Below are positions 13,132 to 26,977 of a stretch of 64,000 nt of DNA, in pieces. Position 1 is the first letter of the stretch, and each line of letters starts with the position of its first letter. The position numbers and the translations under genes were made by a program. The notes under the pieces are model-generated. The model did not search any database, was not told the DNA's origin, and saw only the letters and a program-made list of their open reading frames with translations. This DNA comes from Azolla caroliniana (taxonomy: Eukaryota > Plantae > Polypodiophyta), in NCBI GenBank assembly GCA_043228905.1, contig JBHGNT010000002.1, positions 16,926,001 through 16,990,000 on the forward strand, given 5' to 3'.

Positions 13132-13300
13132 GTTAGAATCATAGTACATACTTGAATGCATTTGCAAACATTCTTTTTCATAGGTTTGCAAATGAATGCG
13201 TACTATGTTGATAACCGAGTTAGAATCATAGTACATAACATACTCAAATGCATTTGCAAACATTCTTTTTATAGGTTTGCAAACGAATGCGTACTATGTT
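13132..13300. repeat. Two-copy tandem repeat (~87 bp unit)
   Basis: GTTAGAATCATAGTACATA...GCATTTGCAAACATTCTTTTT..ATAGGTTTGCAAA.GAATGCGTACTATGTT occurs twice. Confidence 0.75.
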
Positions 13301-15487
13301 ATTGAAACATACTTATGTTTATTGACGTTTTTTACCTAACTTTCTTACCTTAAAAAAACATTTTACCTTACAGTAAATGAGTACAAAACTATGGTATTTA
13401 CCATACTTCGAGGGTGTTTACCATACTCGAATGCAAATGCGCGTATGATACATATGGTTCATACAATGGTTAGAGTATTATAATAGGTTAATGTAGATGG
13501 CCATGTTACAATATGATACCTCGGATTAGTGTAGATGGTTGGCTTTTACCTCCACGAGCACACAAATGTCTATTTACCCTTAGTCATACATAGTTATTCT
13601 ACTTGTACACATATCACGTGTATATCCACGCGAATTTATACATTTATATACAAACATTCTACCCACCCTCTTTGTGCATGTCCATAAGAACTCGTATATC
13701 GGTTCAAGAAGGCCATCTTGAAGTGCCATCACAACTATCATCTCTTGTGACTCTTCATTAACAAATCATGTTTGTCAATTCAAATCCCCAGTGGATCCAC
13801 TCAATTTGACATGCACATGCAAAATTTCACGATAACTAGGCTCAAGTGAGTCATGCACATTCTAGCAAAGACCTAGCACACATTCCCTATATGGTCTAGC
13901 AAAGATTATGTTCACTCAATATTTTCGATCCAACAAAGATCCAAGGTTCCCTAATTGGATTAGCTTGAGCATTCTTACCAAAACAAATTATTCCTCAAAA
14001 AAATCTCCTTTTTTCTCTGCATGTCATTCTGCTACAAGCCTTCCCTTGTATTGACTCAAAAATCAATCAATTATGCACTTAGCTTTCCAAACCAATCAAG
14101 TTCCTATTACCTTCTTGTGTGGTCTATCTAAGTCTCTTGTTTGGTTCTCAAAATATACACTCGAACTTAGAATCCAAATATATTTTACACTGAGGATCGT
14201 CCATTTCCTCCTTGACAAAGTTTGAAACCTTGACATCTTTAAGAATTACCACCATAAGTGTTAAGTAGAGAATCTAATTTCTTCCTGATTTCCATCGTGC
14301 TTGATCCTACATTCTACTTCACTACATTAACCAACCATCCAATTCACAATCCATACAATTTTTTTACTAGAAATTATAATTATTAAGGTTGTGAGGTTGC
14401 ATCTAAGGAAATGGATGGTCCGTTCTACAAAACATTGATATCTTTACATTGTGATAATTATACGAAAAAATTGTTTTCTCTTGAAAGTTTGATTTGTAAA
14501 TTCATTTTCCAAAAACTAAAGATTCATATAATAATGCTAACAAATTATTCAACCAACTAAGTACACAAGTATGTTAGATTAGTACTTGCTTGTCCAAGTT
14601 TGCTATGCAACATAATTTCTATGGTCAAACATATCAAAGGCCAAGTTCAAGGACCAGATTTTTAGATTTTTACACAAATAACTATATTGATGTTGTAGGA
14701 TAAGAAACCCTCATAATAGTTTTTGTTAGAGACACCATTGGAAATGTAGTGTAACATGAATGCACACCCTCCCAACTTTTTGCCTTACTACAAAGTGTGC
14801 ATTGTTAAGTGCATAGATTTATGTCTTTATGTGATCATTAGGGATTTGTTACAAGGTTAGGTTTCGTCTAGCTAAAAGAGGGTGGTCGCACATGCAACCT
14901 TTTCTATGTGCTTTTCAAGTTGCCTTGGGTATGCTCATGTCTGCATTGTGAAGACTCGGTCTAAATACTTCATCGGTCAAGAGTGTCCTATGTTTTCATC
15001 CAAAATAATACATTGGTCACCATCGTCCGCAATATTATTTATAAAATAGCCACAAACAATATGATCGTATTGCCATTGGGGAACCTACTCCATATGATAA
15101 CTTCTAGTTACCTTGCAGTTATGATAAGATTTATGAATTGATGTGTAAGAACTTATATATAAGCAGTTTGAACGTGTACACAATCTCTTGTTCATAACAA
15201 AGTCTTTTGGTTTCTTGCAACCGCCATAACATTACTGAATGATGCTATATCTATGATGTAAATAAGGAATTCCATGATCAGGTTTCTTGTTAACTACCAA
15301 TAGTTAATGAAGATCAGGTGAATATACAGGCATTAGGTACCTTCACTTCTGATTTATGATTGATATGGACATCATAGTTAGCAACATAAATTAACAGCAC
15401 AAGAACCTTACAGTATGTAGGTCCATAGTTTTTCATATGTATGAAGATGACTCCTAGAGTAAAGAAGAGTTAAAAACTCAATTCTTT

Positions 15488-15647
15488 CAAGCACCTTAGA
15501 ATACCCTACTCATTCACCTGTGTCAGTTTCAGTTGCAGTTGGTTCCAGTGAGATATAAACAAGATACAAGCACCTTAGTATACCCTACTCGTTCACCTGT
15601 GTCAGTTTCAGTTGCAGTTGGTGTCAGTGAGATATAAACGAGATACA
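15488..15647. repeat. Two-copy tandem repeat (~79 bp unit) downstream of the ArfGAP gene
   Basis: CAAGCACCTTAG.ATACCCTACTC.TTCACCTGTGTCAGTTTCAGTTGCAGTTGG...CAGTGAGATATAAAC occurs twice. Confidence 0.8.
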
Positions 15648-16158
15648 TGCAGTTGGTTCCGATCAATGGACAGATTGAATCACCTATCCAAAATTTACTT
15701 CAGTGATTATATATTTAACAGAAGAAAAAGCTTCTGTAACAGTCAGACGATAATAAGAAGTCGCAGCAAAAAAGAAATATTAACCTTATTGTTCAAATAC
15801 TTACCACAAGATCTTTTGTGTACATGTGATATAAATCACCAGGCTAGAATAAACAAGCTCAAGTATGTGAATGAGCAAAAGACCATCAAAAAGTTTACAA
15901 TCTGTTTCAGTTTTCATTGATTTGTGACTCTCTTTGGACTTCAGCTTATTTGATGCCCCTTATGGTTCACACATGTATCCTTACATATGACAGGAAGTAC
16001 TCCCATGTAAATATATATCCAGCTAACAATAACCATATAGTCATTTGACATATCCTAATCTGCATATTATTTGCTCTTTGTAGAAAGGGATTTACAATTG
16101 GGGTGCAAATTTTGTGGACATTTTTTCATGTCGATTTATAACCATATGCGTGTGGCAA

Positions 16159-16266
16159 TCATCTGATGCGATCTTGCAGATCCGAAATCAGGTTTGTAGC
16201 AAGTGTTGTAAGCTTTCTTCCAGTCTGCCCAGCTAAAGTCTTCAAGGAGGACATGTCCTGGGAGGC
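16159..16266 (-). CDS. AGD8: ArfGAP exon 7 (terminal)
   Basis: [35 protein letters not shown] then TGA. Confidence 0.9.
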   Translation of the reverse strand, partial: ASQDMSSLKTLAGQTGRKLTTLATNLISDLQDRIR

Positions 16267-19200
16267 CTTTAGAATTGCAAAAACAAAATGTGAAGTTGTA
16301 AGACATAAAATACTGAAAGTGATACTTTTGAGTAAATTATTAAGAGAAACGTAATTTTAACTCCCTAATATTTGGCATATATTTGTTTTCAAAAAATACT
16401 GCAGCACTCCTCAGGTTCTTGTACAAAACCAAAATGCTATACAAGTAATAACCAATTTTGCTTCTGATTAGCAAAACTATACACTGATCAATTAATTATT
16501 AGCCAAACTAATTAATCAGATTATTACTCAGTAATGAGGGGCAAACTGATTTTTATAAATATCAGCACATTCTCTGATAATTACTTAAACTAATTAGCCA
16601 GATTTTAGAATAGATTAGATAATGCATTATTCTAAACAAGGTTTTTTGTGATCATTTTTGGAAATGAGGGGTATTGTCATGAACATTTAGAATGTACCTG
16701 AAAACTAATCCGTGTAATCAATTCGCTAGCGGTTAAATCAACGGATGAATTGGATGCTCCCTCCTTGCGCTCAAAAAAGTCTGCACTTGATATGGAGGAT
16801 GAATTCTACAAGAGAAGAAAAAATCATTCTTGAAATGGACAAATAATGAAAATGGAGGATGAGTTCTACAAGAAGAAGAAAAAACCAGAAACAAAATATA
16901 GCATTGCTTGAAATGGACAAATAATGAAAATAGATAATGTGAAAATATACCGCAAACTTTTGCAACCGCACTTGACTGTCAGCATCTACTGCCTTATCCT
17001 CCCCGAAAAACTGAGAAGATGATATCGATTTCGCATTTGCAAATTTCTTCTGAGCTTCGTCACTTTCTTCGATCTGATGGAATTTTATATGACCAAAATT
17101 TAGTTCAGGCAATACAGAGCAAGTCAAAATACATATGGGGTCTTCCAAAACACATGAGGATTTGGTTTTACTCACATTAATTGCCAGTACTGGCATGTAT
17201 CTTTCATATCAAAGAAAGATCCATGAATCCCATTAAGGTTTAAAAGCAATATGAAAGAAAAGTACTGAATTTCAGGCATATAATTAGGATGTAAATGAGA
17301 ATGGAAAAATAAAACAGACATTCCACTTCATAAGTAAAAAAGAGAGAATTTTGATTATCGTTATTGCCCTGAAAAGTTCTTTAGAACGAGAAAAATGTAC
17401 GGGAATATTCAAACATAGTTTTTACAATTTTAAGAGTACACATAAAGCTATGAAAATGCATTGAAGGTGGTTCATACAGCTATGAAAATGTACGGGAATA
17501 TTCAAACATAGTTTTTAAAATTTTAAGAGTACACATAAAGCTATGAAAATGCATTGAGAGGTGGTTCAAACAGCTGTGAAAACGTACAGGAATATTCAAA
17601 CATAGTTTTTACAATTTTAAGAGTACACATAAAGCTATGAAAATGCATTGAGAGGTGGTTCATACAAATAGATTATATATGCTAACCATCTAAACATTTT
17701 AAAACAATGAACATCCACAAGGAAGATCCATTAGTTGGAATTAATAGTTGTGCATTCTAAACGCAAATTCATCTGATGATCTATCACATTGGACAATCCA
17801 GGAAAACTTACATACATGTTAAAATTGCAACTTCTCTTACCTGCAACTTAGATCGGCTAGAACTGTTCGTTTTACGGGAAACTGCAGAACTGCTGAAATC
17901 TGTGAAGAAATCTCCTCCTGCTGGCGGAGCTAAAACATGTCCAGAAGTAACATCATTCTTGCTCTCTGTATCAGGATCTAATTCCAAATAAGCAAATCTG
18001 GATACATGAGATGCTGGCTGCATCACTGAAGAAGGTGGAGGCGGCACAGGCTCAGGAGGAAGTTCAGCAGGTTTCTGGTCATATATGTTTTCATTTCCCT
18101 ACATATGAACCAGTTTCAAGTGATGATCTAAAAAACTATAGAAAGACAAATCAATTAACCAGTATAGTTATGAAGAGTCTAGTAGACATGTTTACTTTAG
18201 ATGTTAACTTCCTGACACCTAAACCACCACCTAATTTTGCCCCAGTCTTCTTGACCCCAATAGATGTGGGTTTCCGTATGGTATGCTGAGCTTGAGTGAT
18301 AGGAGTGGTTGTGGTTTTAGGCACATCTACCATTAAATAATCTGAATCCACAGTATCTACAGCAGAATCTGCCTCTGAACTCTTCTCAACTGGAATCTCT
18401 TTGAAATTGAAACCTGTTGGAGAGTCAGGCATCGAAGCAGAAAATGAAGGGGACTCTACAGCACTTTTTGCGACATCCTTAGCAAGTAGCTGCCTGTAAA
18501 GTACAGCTGCACGAGAGGTATATTTGGACTCAATTTTCCCACCCTCAGTCCATCCATGTTGCTTAAAAAAAGCCCCTGCTCTGGCATTGCCACCAATAGA
18601 CATCAGTTTCAACTGGTCTTGATTCCAAGAATCAAGATTTGTGGACCTGCAGTTAAACCCAACCATTAAGCAACATACCATTGAGCATGGTTGAAACAGT
18701 TTGCAATGTTGCCAATGGATTAAAATTTGAAGATCAATTACCGCACAAATGTAATATGAACACCAAGACTCCGGTGAAGTGCTGAACAATCAAGACAAAT
18801 GAGAACGCCATATGTTACAGATGCCCATGATGGGTTCTTTGCATTACAATCAAAGCAAACCTGTAAAATATCACACATCATAATTGGAGTTTAATAATGA
18901 AAAAGTGAATGCATCTATTCATACATAAATATGGGTATATGCCCATGTACACGTGCACTTTTTGCATGTATCTGTATTATCATATATGCAAATGTGAAAT
19001 GAAATTGTGTTATCTATCTCCTTAGGACATGATTGAATTTGATCATGTGGATACCAAATCAAATGAACTGAGCCAACATTTCACAAAATATTTTGGAACA
19101 ATTATGAAATGAACATTTTTGAAAGAGGATAAATACAAAACATGAGCACTAGTCTCTCTCTCTTTGTTGAAACTGGTTCCTGAATATGAATCAAGGCTCT

Positions 19201-22200
19201 TATCAATTGTTCACGTGCTAGTTGAGGCCTATTTCCAATCCTCTCATACAGTAGTGTTTGTTGCTCTGTTCATTGCTTGTATTGGCATCTCTTTCTTAGT
19301 TTTAAAGTTTCTCATATCAATATTATTATCATGTTTTGATGCCCAAAGTGACCATCCTAGTATTTGAACTGATGGCCCAGTTTTAAGGTCTTATATTTTT
19401 GTGTTTGGTACACCATAAAAGAACTGGCTACCTAATAAAATGGCAAGATAAATATGCACGTCCTCCACTTTATATAAACCTTTCTACTCTTATTCTTACA
19501 TTGAAATTATCATATCATAATCATTAAAGAATTTGTCAGCAATTTTAGCTCCTTATACATTTTTCTCTTGTTCAGCTAGCTTTTATCTATCACCCTCCTG
19601 AAAATTTTGGTTTCAAGGCTTCAAAGACTATGATGTGACACAAAAATAAGATGAAGCTTCCAAATGTTGAGCAAAGACATTACTAATTAGAGGCAAAGAC
19701 TATGATGTAAAGCTCCCTGATGTTGAGCAGGGATGGGACTCTTCATCATAGATAATCAGATTATGAGATGAGGATGAGGATATGGAACTCCCATCGGGAG
19801 AGTGATGATGATGATCCATTTCTCTTCTGATTGTTCACATTATATATTTGCATAAATGGTGCACCATCAACATACATTTTTTTGAGTTGTTTTCATTTTC
19901 ATTTTCTAGTTGAGATGCGCTCCTCCACTGACATACACTCACTGCTAGAAGGACACTTAACTTTTGGTTGGATCATATTCCACCAGGACACATATCCAGA
20001 TTGGCTTTTAACTTTTGCCCCATGAAACATGTACACAGTTTGCAAATATAATGTAGGCTTTTGAAATTTACTCTGTTCGAATCCATTCTCTCCAAATGAG
20101 CTATTGTGCCTCAAACTCAGACAGTGCAGATCATAAAATCAGATTTTGTTACAGATTTGCATGTTGGAGCACATGGCAGTTTACAGCTAAATTTGGATAA
20201 GATGCACTTCTCCACTGACTTACACTCACTGCTAGAAAGGTAATTACCTTTTGGCTGTCATATTCCACCAGGACGCATATCCAGATCGGATTTCAACTCA
20301 TACCTCATGAAACATGTAGAGTTCCCATTTGCGGAATAATAAAATGCTGGGCCAGTAGGGCTCCCGGTAATAGTTATGCTCTCCTTCAACTGATTTTATG
20401 CTTCAATAAAATGAGCAATAAAATGTGCTACTGCTTGCCTCTGATAATCAGCCATCTGTTAGGAAGCATCAGATGGGTTACATTACCATAGGAGTCCAAA
20501 GGTTTTCAAGATAATGATTTATTACAAAGTTTAAGGTGCTAAGAACTTTAGAGAGTGCTATCTATCTGGTGACTACATGAAAAAAAAAAGTCATAAATCA
20601 ATATCAATGATCCAATATTAACCTTTAGCCCGTCTCCCAGAACTCTACCCCTTTTCCAGCCACAAGAGGGTAACAATTTTGGTGGTTGTTGGTTCTCAGC
20701 ATATTTTGTCACCAATGTGAATATCAATGTGATGGTCTAACCTAAGGGAATAAACCAGCTGATTGAGTCTGCCATCAATATCATATCGACAATTCACCCA
20801 ATTATGTAAGAGGATACCAGCTAGTGGATGTCATTGCTGCCATCAATAAGCTCCACCAGCTAAATTGTTATGAATGCTAAAATTCAGAGTTTCCTTTCTT
20901 GTCTGACTTCTGCTTATGTCCACATCCAAATTTGACTATCATTTATACTCCCATGTACTCCTCCAGGGTCCATTCGCCCTTTGTGCTAAATTTGGAACGG
21001 CGGCCAACAACCAAAGCACATTTTGCAGCACCAAGTCGTTAAATAATTATTCAAAGTGACTCAAAATGACCATGGGTTGAGATTTGGAACAATATCTTTT
21101 CCCGAGGTACAATTTCACAATTGGAAATTACCAAGCTTTTGAAGCATGTGCAATACCTCTAAAACTAAAAATGTATTGTAATTAAAGAGCTACTAGATAA
21201 TTCCATATCTCTTTCATCTTCCGTAAACCCACCACATGGAGATATTATCATATTGAGTTTATAAGCTCCAACTCTATCCCTATGATAATTCAAATTATTT
21301 ATCATCAAATATTCGTGATTCTTCTCCATTGAAGAATGGTAATGTTCATACTCATACGTACTTAATTACTAAATAGTTTGACCAAACAAGGTGAGAAAGA
21401 AAAAACAGAGATTTAAATATACTTTGCATGATTATATTAACATCAATACAATTATTAGCACTGATGTCCTTAATAAACCAAGACCAAGACTTCTAAATGA
21501 TAAGTTTACAATGTTATAGACGCTCATACAAATGAAAGAATTCTAAAGAAGAGGGCATCAATACTTGTAGTAGCATTCTTATATCAAGAAGCCAAGATCC
21601 CTGTAGATAACCTAATCCAAGAATCTACTCGGCTTAAAACAAATGTACAGTTTATCTATGCCCATGAGATCTTGCTCCCATTGCTCGCACACATTTTTAA
21701 TACATATAGCTATGTGTGAAGGCTTCCCAACTAGATGGACAGAACATACCATTGTGCCAATCCTCAAGAGTAGAGACCCCATGATGCCGAGCAGCTATAC
21801 GACAATCATGATTGGGCATTACTTGGCTAAACTATATGGTTCGATCCTAGAGTCAGAATCGAGTATATGGGCAGAACAAAATGGCTGCCATTCAGCTGGA
21901 CAGGCAGGCTTTCGAAAGGGGTTCACAACTTTGGATCACATATTGACCCGCCAAGCCCTTAAGCAGGAGGGCAAAGCCAATAATACGAGGATTTATTGTT
22001 GCTTTGTGGACTTCCAAAAAGTCTTTGACACTGTGCAGTGCGCTCAGCTTATGCAACACCTAAAAGCCCTTGGTGTCCCTACAGATATGCAATTGGGAAT
22101 ATATGCACCATATGAATCTGTGTCAGGAAAAGTGCCGTCTCTTACTAATGCTACAAGTCAATCAAGGGCTACACAAATGGGCTCCCGACCAGGACATAAC

Positions 22201-24324
22201 AAAGGGTATTACAATAGATCGGGCAATAGCAATTTGTTGTGCATGTAAGCCCCGCCCCATGGACTACGATCTCACCACCCTTGTCATCGACAAATAAAGG
22301 CCATTATTCTTTCTCCTCCACATTTATTCCACAATCTCGCCTCTCCATATTTCTATTTTGAATCTTTAAGGCAATTTGCACCTTATGCTTTGGCATATAC
22401 CTGCATATTGTTTTGTAATTTATAAATTTGTACACTTTATTGACTAGAATAAATTGAGAATGACATTAACGAAGTAGCTACAAATGAATTTATAATGTTT
22501 GAATGTGAATCGTACAGTATAAATAAATATGGGTCGAATTCGCCATTTCCTATGGGTCATGAAATGGTTTGTTCCTCCATTTTTTCACCATTTTCATTTC
22601 TACAATGGTGGAAAACTTGGACAATGAGTACAGGTGCAGTTCTAAGAACGACAAACATAATTGTGTAGTCTGACACTCCTGTAAATTTGACTTTGCTCTA
22701 TGGGTGGGAACTTGGCGACAATTTGGGAAGGACTTCAGGCATGATGATTGCCCACATGTTACAGAGCAAAGGCACTATTATGACCAGTGACTTTTATCCA
22801 ACAAATTTGTAGCTCCCAAAACAAAGGTACCCCATAGTTGCACTTGCGCCATCCAAATTGTTGACAATAATAGAGAGATGCTCATTGTTAGCATTCTTAA
22901 GCACCCCATGATATAATCTGGCTTGAGGTAGAATAGAAGGAATCATTCAGACCAGTGACTTGTATCCAACAAATTTGTAGCTCTCAAAACAAAGATACTC
23001 AAGATTTGCGCTTATGCCATCCAAATTGTTGACAAAATAGGGAGATACTCATTTCAATATAGCTGGGAGTGTCCACAATTGAGACATGACCATGGTTAAG
23101 AAAAGATCAATCCAGGCTTATAGTATTAAATTGATTATGACAGAACAAGGACCACCACCACACTGCAGCTCGGTAGGAAGATGGTCTTCTATGAGAATTT
23201 TGGCATGATGAATTTATCTGCAGGCCCTCTTATATGGATACACATCAATGACAAGCATTCCATAGTGTACAGGCTAGATTAGCACCTCTTCACATCAATT
23301 CAACACATGCAGATATACACACAAAGCTATGAAGGAACAGCACTACCAACTGTTACATCCAGACATGAAGTCAGACAAAACTATGTTTGCAATTATAATG
23401 GTTTTTTATGAAATAACTAGCAGATGCTAGTTGCATCTTCACATAAGTCTTTGGCCCAATCTGCAAGGTAATTTAATACAAGACTAACAATGCTTGGGAT
23501 TGATCTTGCAGGAAATCAAGAGACATAGAGAGAAGTTGACGGACAACTTTTCAGCCCATTAACCACATGAGAAAGGAACTCTCACAACCATCTTTGGCAG
23601 CAGCATCCCTCCCTCAACTATTTAGTGCTACACAAGTAGGTCCTCAACAACATAATTTTGAAGGGGCTACATTCAGTAGGGCTGACATTTTCTGTGCAAG
23701 TAGGCCACATACCCAGCACCCTTGTTACCAGCGGATCAAATTCATAATGATCCAACACCAAAGTTGCTCTCCTTCCATCTTGAATTAGAAAATGTTAAAA
23801 ATACATTGTGATGCCGAGGTTTTTGAGCTCTATACAACTTGGACCGATATCCGATCTAAATAACTGCACTGATCATGCCCGAACCAAATTAACTAGAATC
23901 ATGACTAAGCTCAAACAAATTCATCCAAACAAACAAGAAAAAATTCAGGGAAATTCATGTATAAGACGTCAAAAACTCTGGTTCCACATACTTGCTTACA
24001 CACATAAATACGTGAAGTCACCACCTCTTTTCCTTGAAGCGGATAAATGTTTGTATTAGGAAATAACCAGTCTTGTTCGCTGCATCATTCCTTTGTTCTA
24101 GGAGGACCAAACGTATCTTTGATCCGTTTAGCAGCGACATCAGTTCATGAAGGGGGAGAGGAAACAGAGGTACATGAAAACGACAAACTTTTGGAGATCT
24201 AAGGAAGAAGAACAAGAAAGAGAAGAGAAAGCGCGAAACAGATGAGGAAAAATACCTTGTTTTCAGGCTTAGACTTGATCTTTCGAAAGAGCGAGTCGCG
24301 ATCGAAGACATCTTCTGTACCCAT
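16159..24324 (-). CDS. AGD8: ADP-ribosylation factor GTPase-activating protein, AGD8/9/10 (ArfGAP2/3, Glo3) family; 7 exons, ~411 aa
   Basis: Exons 24256-24324 ([23 protein letters not shown]), 18742-18860 ([40 protein letters not shown] zinc finger), 18196-18646, 17841-18098, 16951-17073 ([18 protein letters not shown]), 16698-16805, 16159-16266 (..DLQDRIR*). All introns are GT-AG and phases join in frame. The symbol names the family only; AGD8/9/10 cannot be told apart here. Confidence 0.93.
16698..16805 (-). CDS. AGD8: ArfGAP exon 6
   Basis: [25 protein letters not shown] (second ISS motif). Confidence 0.9.
16951..17073 (-). CDS. AGD8: ArfGAP exon 5
   Basis: [24 protein letters not shown] (Glo3 motif). 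Confidence 0.92.
17392..17667. repeat. Three-copy ~93 bp tandem repeat in ArfGAP intron 4
   Basis: GTACGGGAATATTCAAACATAGTTTTTA..TAAGAGTACACATAAAGCTATGAAAATGCATTGA..GGTGGTTCA occurs three times. Confidence 0.9.
17841..18098 (-). CDS. AGD8: ArfGAP exon 4
   Basis: [24 protein letters not shown]; AG/GT borders; 86 codons. Confidence 0.88.
18196..18646 (-). CDS. AGD8: ArfGAP exon 3
   Basis: [41 protein letters not shown]. Confidence 0.93.
18742..18860 (-). CDS. AGD8: ArfGAP exon 2 (CxxC-x16-CxxC-like zinc finger, catalytic Arg)
   Basis: CFDC...CLDCSALHR; CAG acceptor, GTAAT donor. Confidence 0.93.
21643..22250 (+). mobile_element. Degenerate non-LTR (LINE) RT fragment in ArfGAP intron 1
   Basis: IVPILK..DP...[41 protein letters not shown] (RT domains 1-3). 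Confidence 0.85.
24256..24324 (-). CDS. AGD8: ArfGAP exon 1
   Basis: ATG at 24324; ends KPENK followed by donor GTATT; GA/CT-rich 5' region upstream. Confidence 0.85.
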
Positions 24325-24433
24325 TGCACAGACACACGAGAAAGAGAGAGAGAGAGAGAGAAAGAAAGAAAGACTTAGTTTTAAAAAAACAAAAAGAATG
24401 TCTCAATAAGAAGACGAAGATGAAGATGAAGAT

Positions 24434-24467
<34 letters not shown>

Positions 24468-25025
24468 AAGATAGATTATATTATCGTCTTCGGAGATCAA
24501 ATATCACCTACGAAACCAAAAATATTACATTTCATGTAATACGTGTGAAAGTGAGTAGCGACTCTCAATGTTCAAGAACTTTACTAACAATCATCGAGAG
24601 TGCACATCGTGGTTGTGAGAGAAATTCATGCACAGATTGGGCTTTGATCGAATATGTGTGGAAAGCATGGTCGAATATGATCAAAGTTAGAGCATTGTAT
24701 CAAAGTGTGATACTCGAACTTGTTTGGGGGCAAAGTGTGCATAGTCGACCACTCTCATCACTTGTGCCTCAATGCCCCATCTCACATCGCAATGCATGGA
24801 AGCAATGGTTCCAATGGAAGACAACAGAATGGACTCTAACATGTATCAATGTGTACGGTTTCCCTGTTCCGTTTTGTAGTTAGGTGCAACATGTGCAATA
24901 TAAAGTGTGAAGCGTGAGCCTCCACATTTTTCCCATGTCATGATACATTGGTGTTGCAAAAAGGTTGCATTTACATAGAGAGAGAGAGAGAGAGAGTCTC
25001 ATACCTTTATTTGCTCACATAACAT

Positions 25026-25413
25026 CATAGTTCCTAATATTCGCGTACGTCCAATTTACTGGACGTACGCGAACGTTTGCAAACGTACGCGTATGATACG
25101 CGATATTCGTTTGGCTTCTTTTTTTTTTTTGACTTTTTTTGGGTTTTTTTTATTTTTGATATTCATAATATTTTGTGAATAGAAGTGACATCTGACACAC
25201 ATACACTCTCTCTCTCTCTCTCTCACACGAGAACTGACAGATTTTCTCTCTCTACAAAATCTAGATATCTAATATACATATTACATACTCCCTCACACAG
25301 ACAAAACCCATAGCTCCTCTCTCTCTCTCTCTCTAGAGTCTAGATATACACTCAATCACTGTCTCCTCACACATGCAAAACAGGGCTTCTCTCTCTAGAG
25401 TCTAGACCACACA

Positions 25414-25446
<33 letters not shown>

Positions 25447-25613
25447 CCTCTCACACACACACACTATGTACACCATATACACCATATGTATATATAATAT
25501 ATCTATGTACCACGTATGGATTTCAATCATACTTGGAGCCTTTTCACGTATGAGTATGATACGAATATTGGCGTTTGAGTATGACACGAATGGGACGTAT
25601 GGCTAGAACTATG
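25026..25613. mobile_element. Non-autonomous hAT-type element (MITE)
   Basis: TIR CATAGTTC/GAACTATG; 8-bp TSD CATAACAT at 25018-25025 and 25614-25621; subterminal CGTACG repeats. Confidence 0.85.
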
Positions 25614-26296
25614 CATAACATATCTCTCTCACTCAAAAACAACACATGTTTTACACTCATTCATTCATTCTTACTCTTTCCTCCTCCTTAACACGAACCA
25701 TTCTTTTGGGCAGGTGAGTAGGGCTGCTACAATCATGTATGTAACACCTCCTCTCGATTCATTACCTTTGGAGAATTTTCATTAGCATGTGCTCGTGTTG
25801 TGAGAACTTACATGTCTCCATGGAAGGTTGGCCATGGCGCCACAAATTCTTGTGCATCATTATTGCAAACTGAACTCGCATTGGACAACAATCCAAATTG
25901 TGCATGTGTACACAATGAAGTCCAAGAGCTCCATACAAAACACAACATGCTTGTCACCAACCTCAAAGTCATACAAGAAGAAAGAAAGAATCCAAACATC
26001 ATAGCAACAGAAATTGAGCATAGAGAAGCCATCTACCTCCAGGCCAAGCTAACCGAGCTAGGGCCATGTTTGGGAAATTGTCTACCATCTTGGGGAGTAC
26101 CAAGAGACAACACAACAATATACAACCATGTCTTTTGAAGGATCATATATGAGTGTCATACAACTCACAATACCCCAATTGCCCCTTATAGCTTATTCCA
26201 ACACAAATGACCTAGAGGATCACCATGAAGACTACAATGATTAGTGACTGCCTCCCCCTCCACCCTTCCTCACCCCCGAGTCCACAATCATTTCCA

Positions 26297-26977
26297 TCAC
26301 CAATCCACACAGTGTTTGATACCAATTGGCTAGTTTAATGTGAAATGGACACCTCAACTCTATTTCCATCCCCGATGGTCACACCACCACATCACTTCCC
26401 TCTACACCTCAATGTCTTGTTGCAGCTCCAACACCTATATTAAACCTCCCCCACTCACAACCTTAGGCAATCCTTTTGGTAGCTCTAAAATGACAATGAA
26501 AATCGGCAATTCATGCTCCGTTGACTACTCAAAATTAAATGATGGTTTTTTAAAATTATGTAATTTGTACTTAAACTATTATTGCTTTGATGACTTGTGG
26601 GAATGCTGATTTGTTAAAAGATAACTTGTGACTTTCACCAATCCACACAGTGTTTGATACCAATTGGCTAGTTTAATGTGAAATGGACACCTCAACTCTA
26701 TTTCCATCCCCGATGGTCACACCACCACATCACTTCCCTCTACACCTCAATGTCTTGTTGCAGCTCCAACACCTATATTAAACCTCCCCCACTCACAACC
26801 TTAGGCAATCCTTTTGGTAGCTCTAAAATGACAATGAAAATCGGCAATTCATGCTCCGTTGACTACTCAAAATTAAATGATGGTTTTTTAAAATTATGTA
26901 ATTTGTACTTAAACTATTATTGCTTTGATGACTTGTGGGAATGCTGATTTGTTAAAAGATAACTTGTGACTTTCACC
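26297..26977. repeat. Apparently perfect 338-bp tandem duplication
   Basis: Identical ORFs at 26340 and 26678; TCACC microhomology at 26297, 26635 and 26973. Confidence 0.95.

Noticed and set aside
17392-17667. CRISPR-like array
   Set aside because: Contiguous tandem units with no unique spacers, inside a eukaryotic intron.
25800-26138. 112-aa ORF as a host gene
   Set aside because: No recognisable domain or splice context; non-ATG start.
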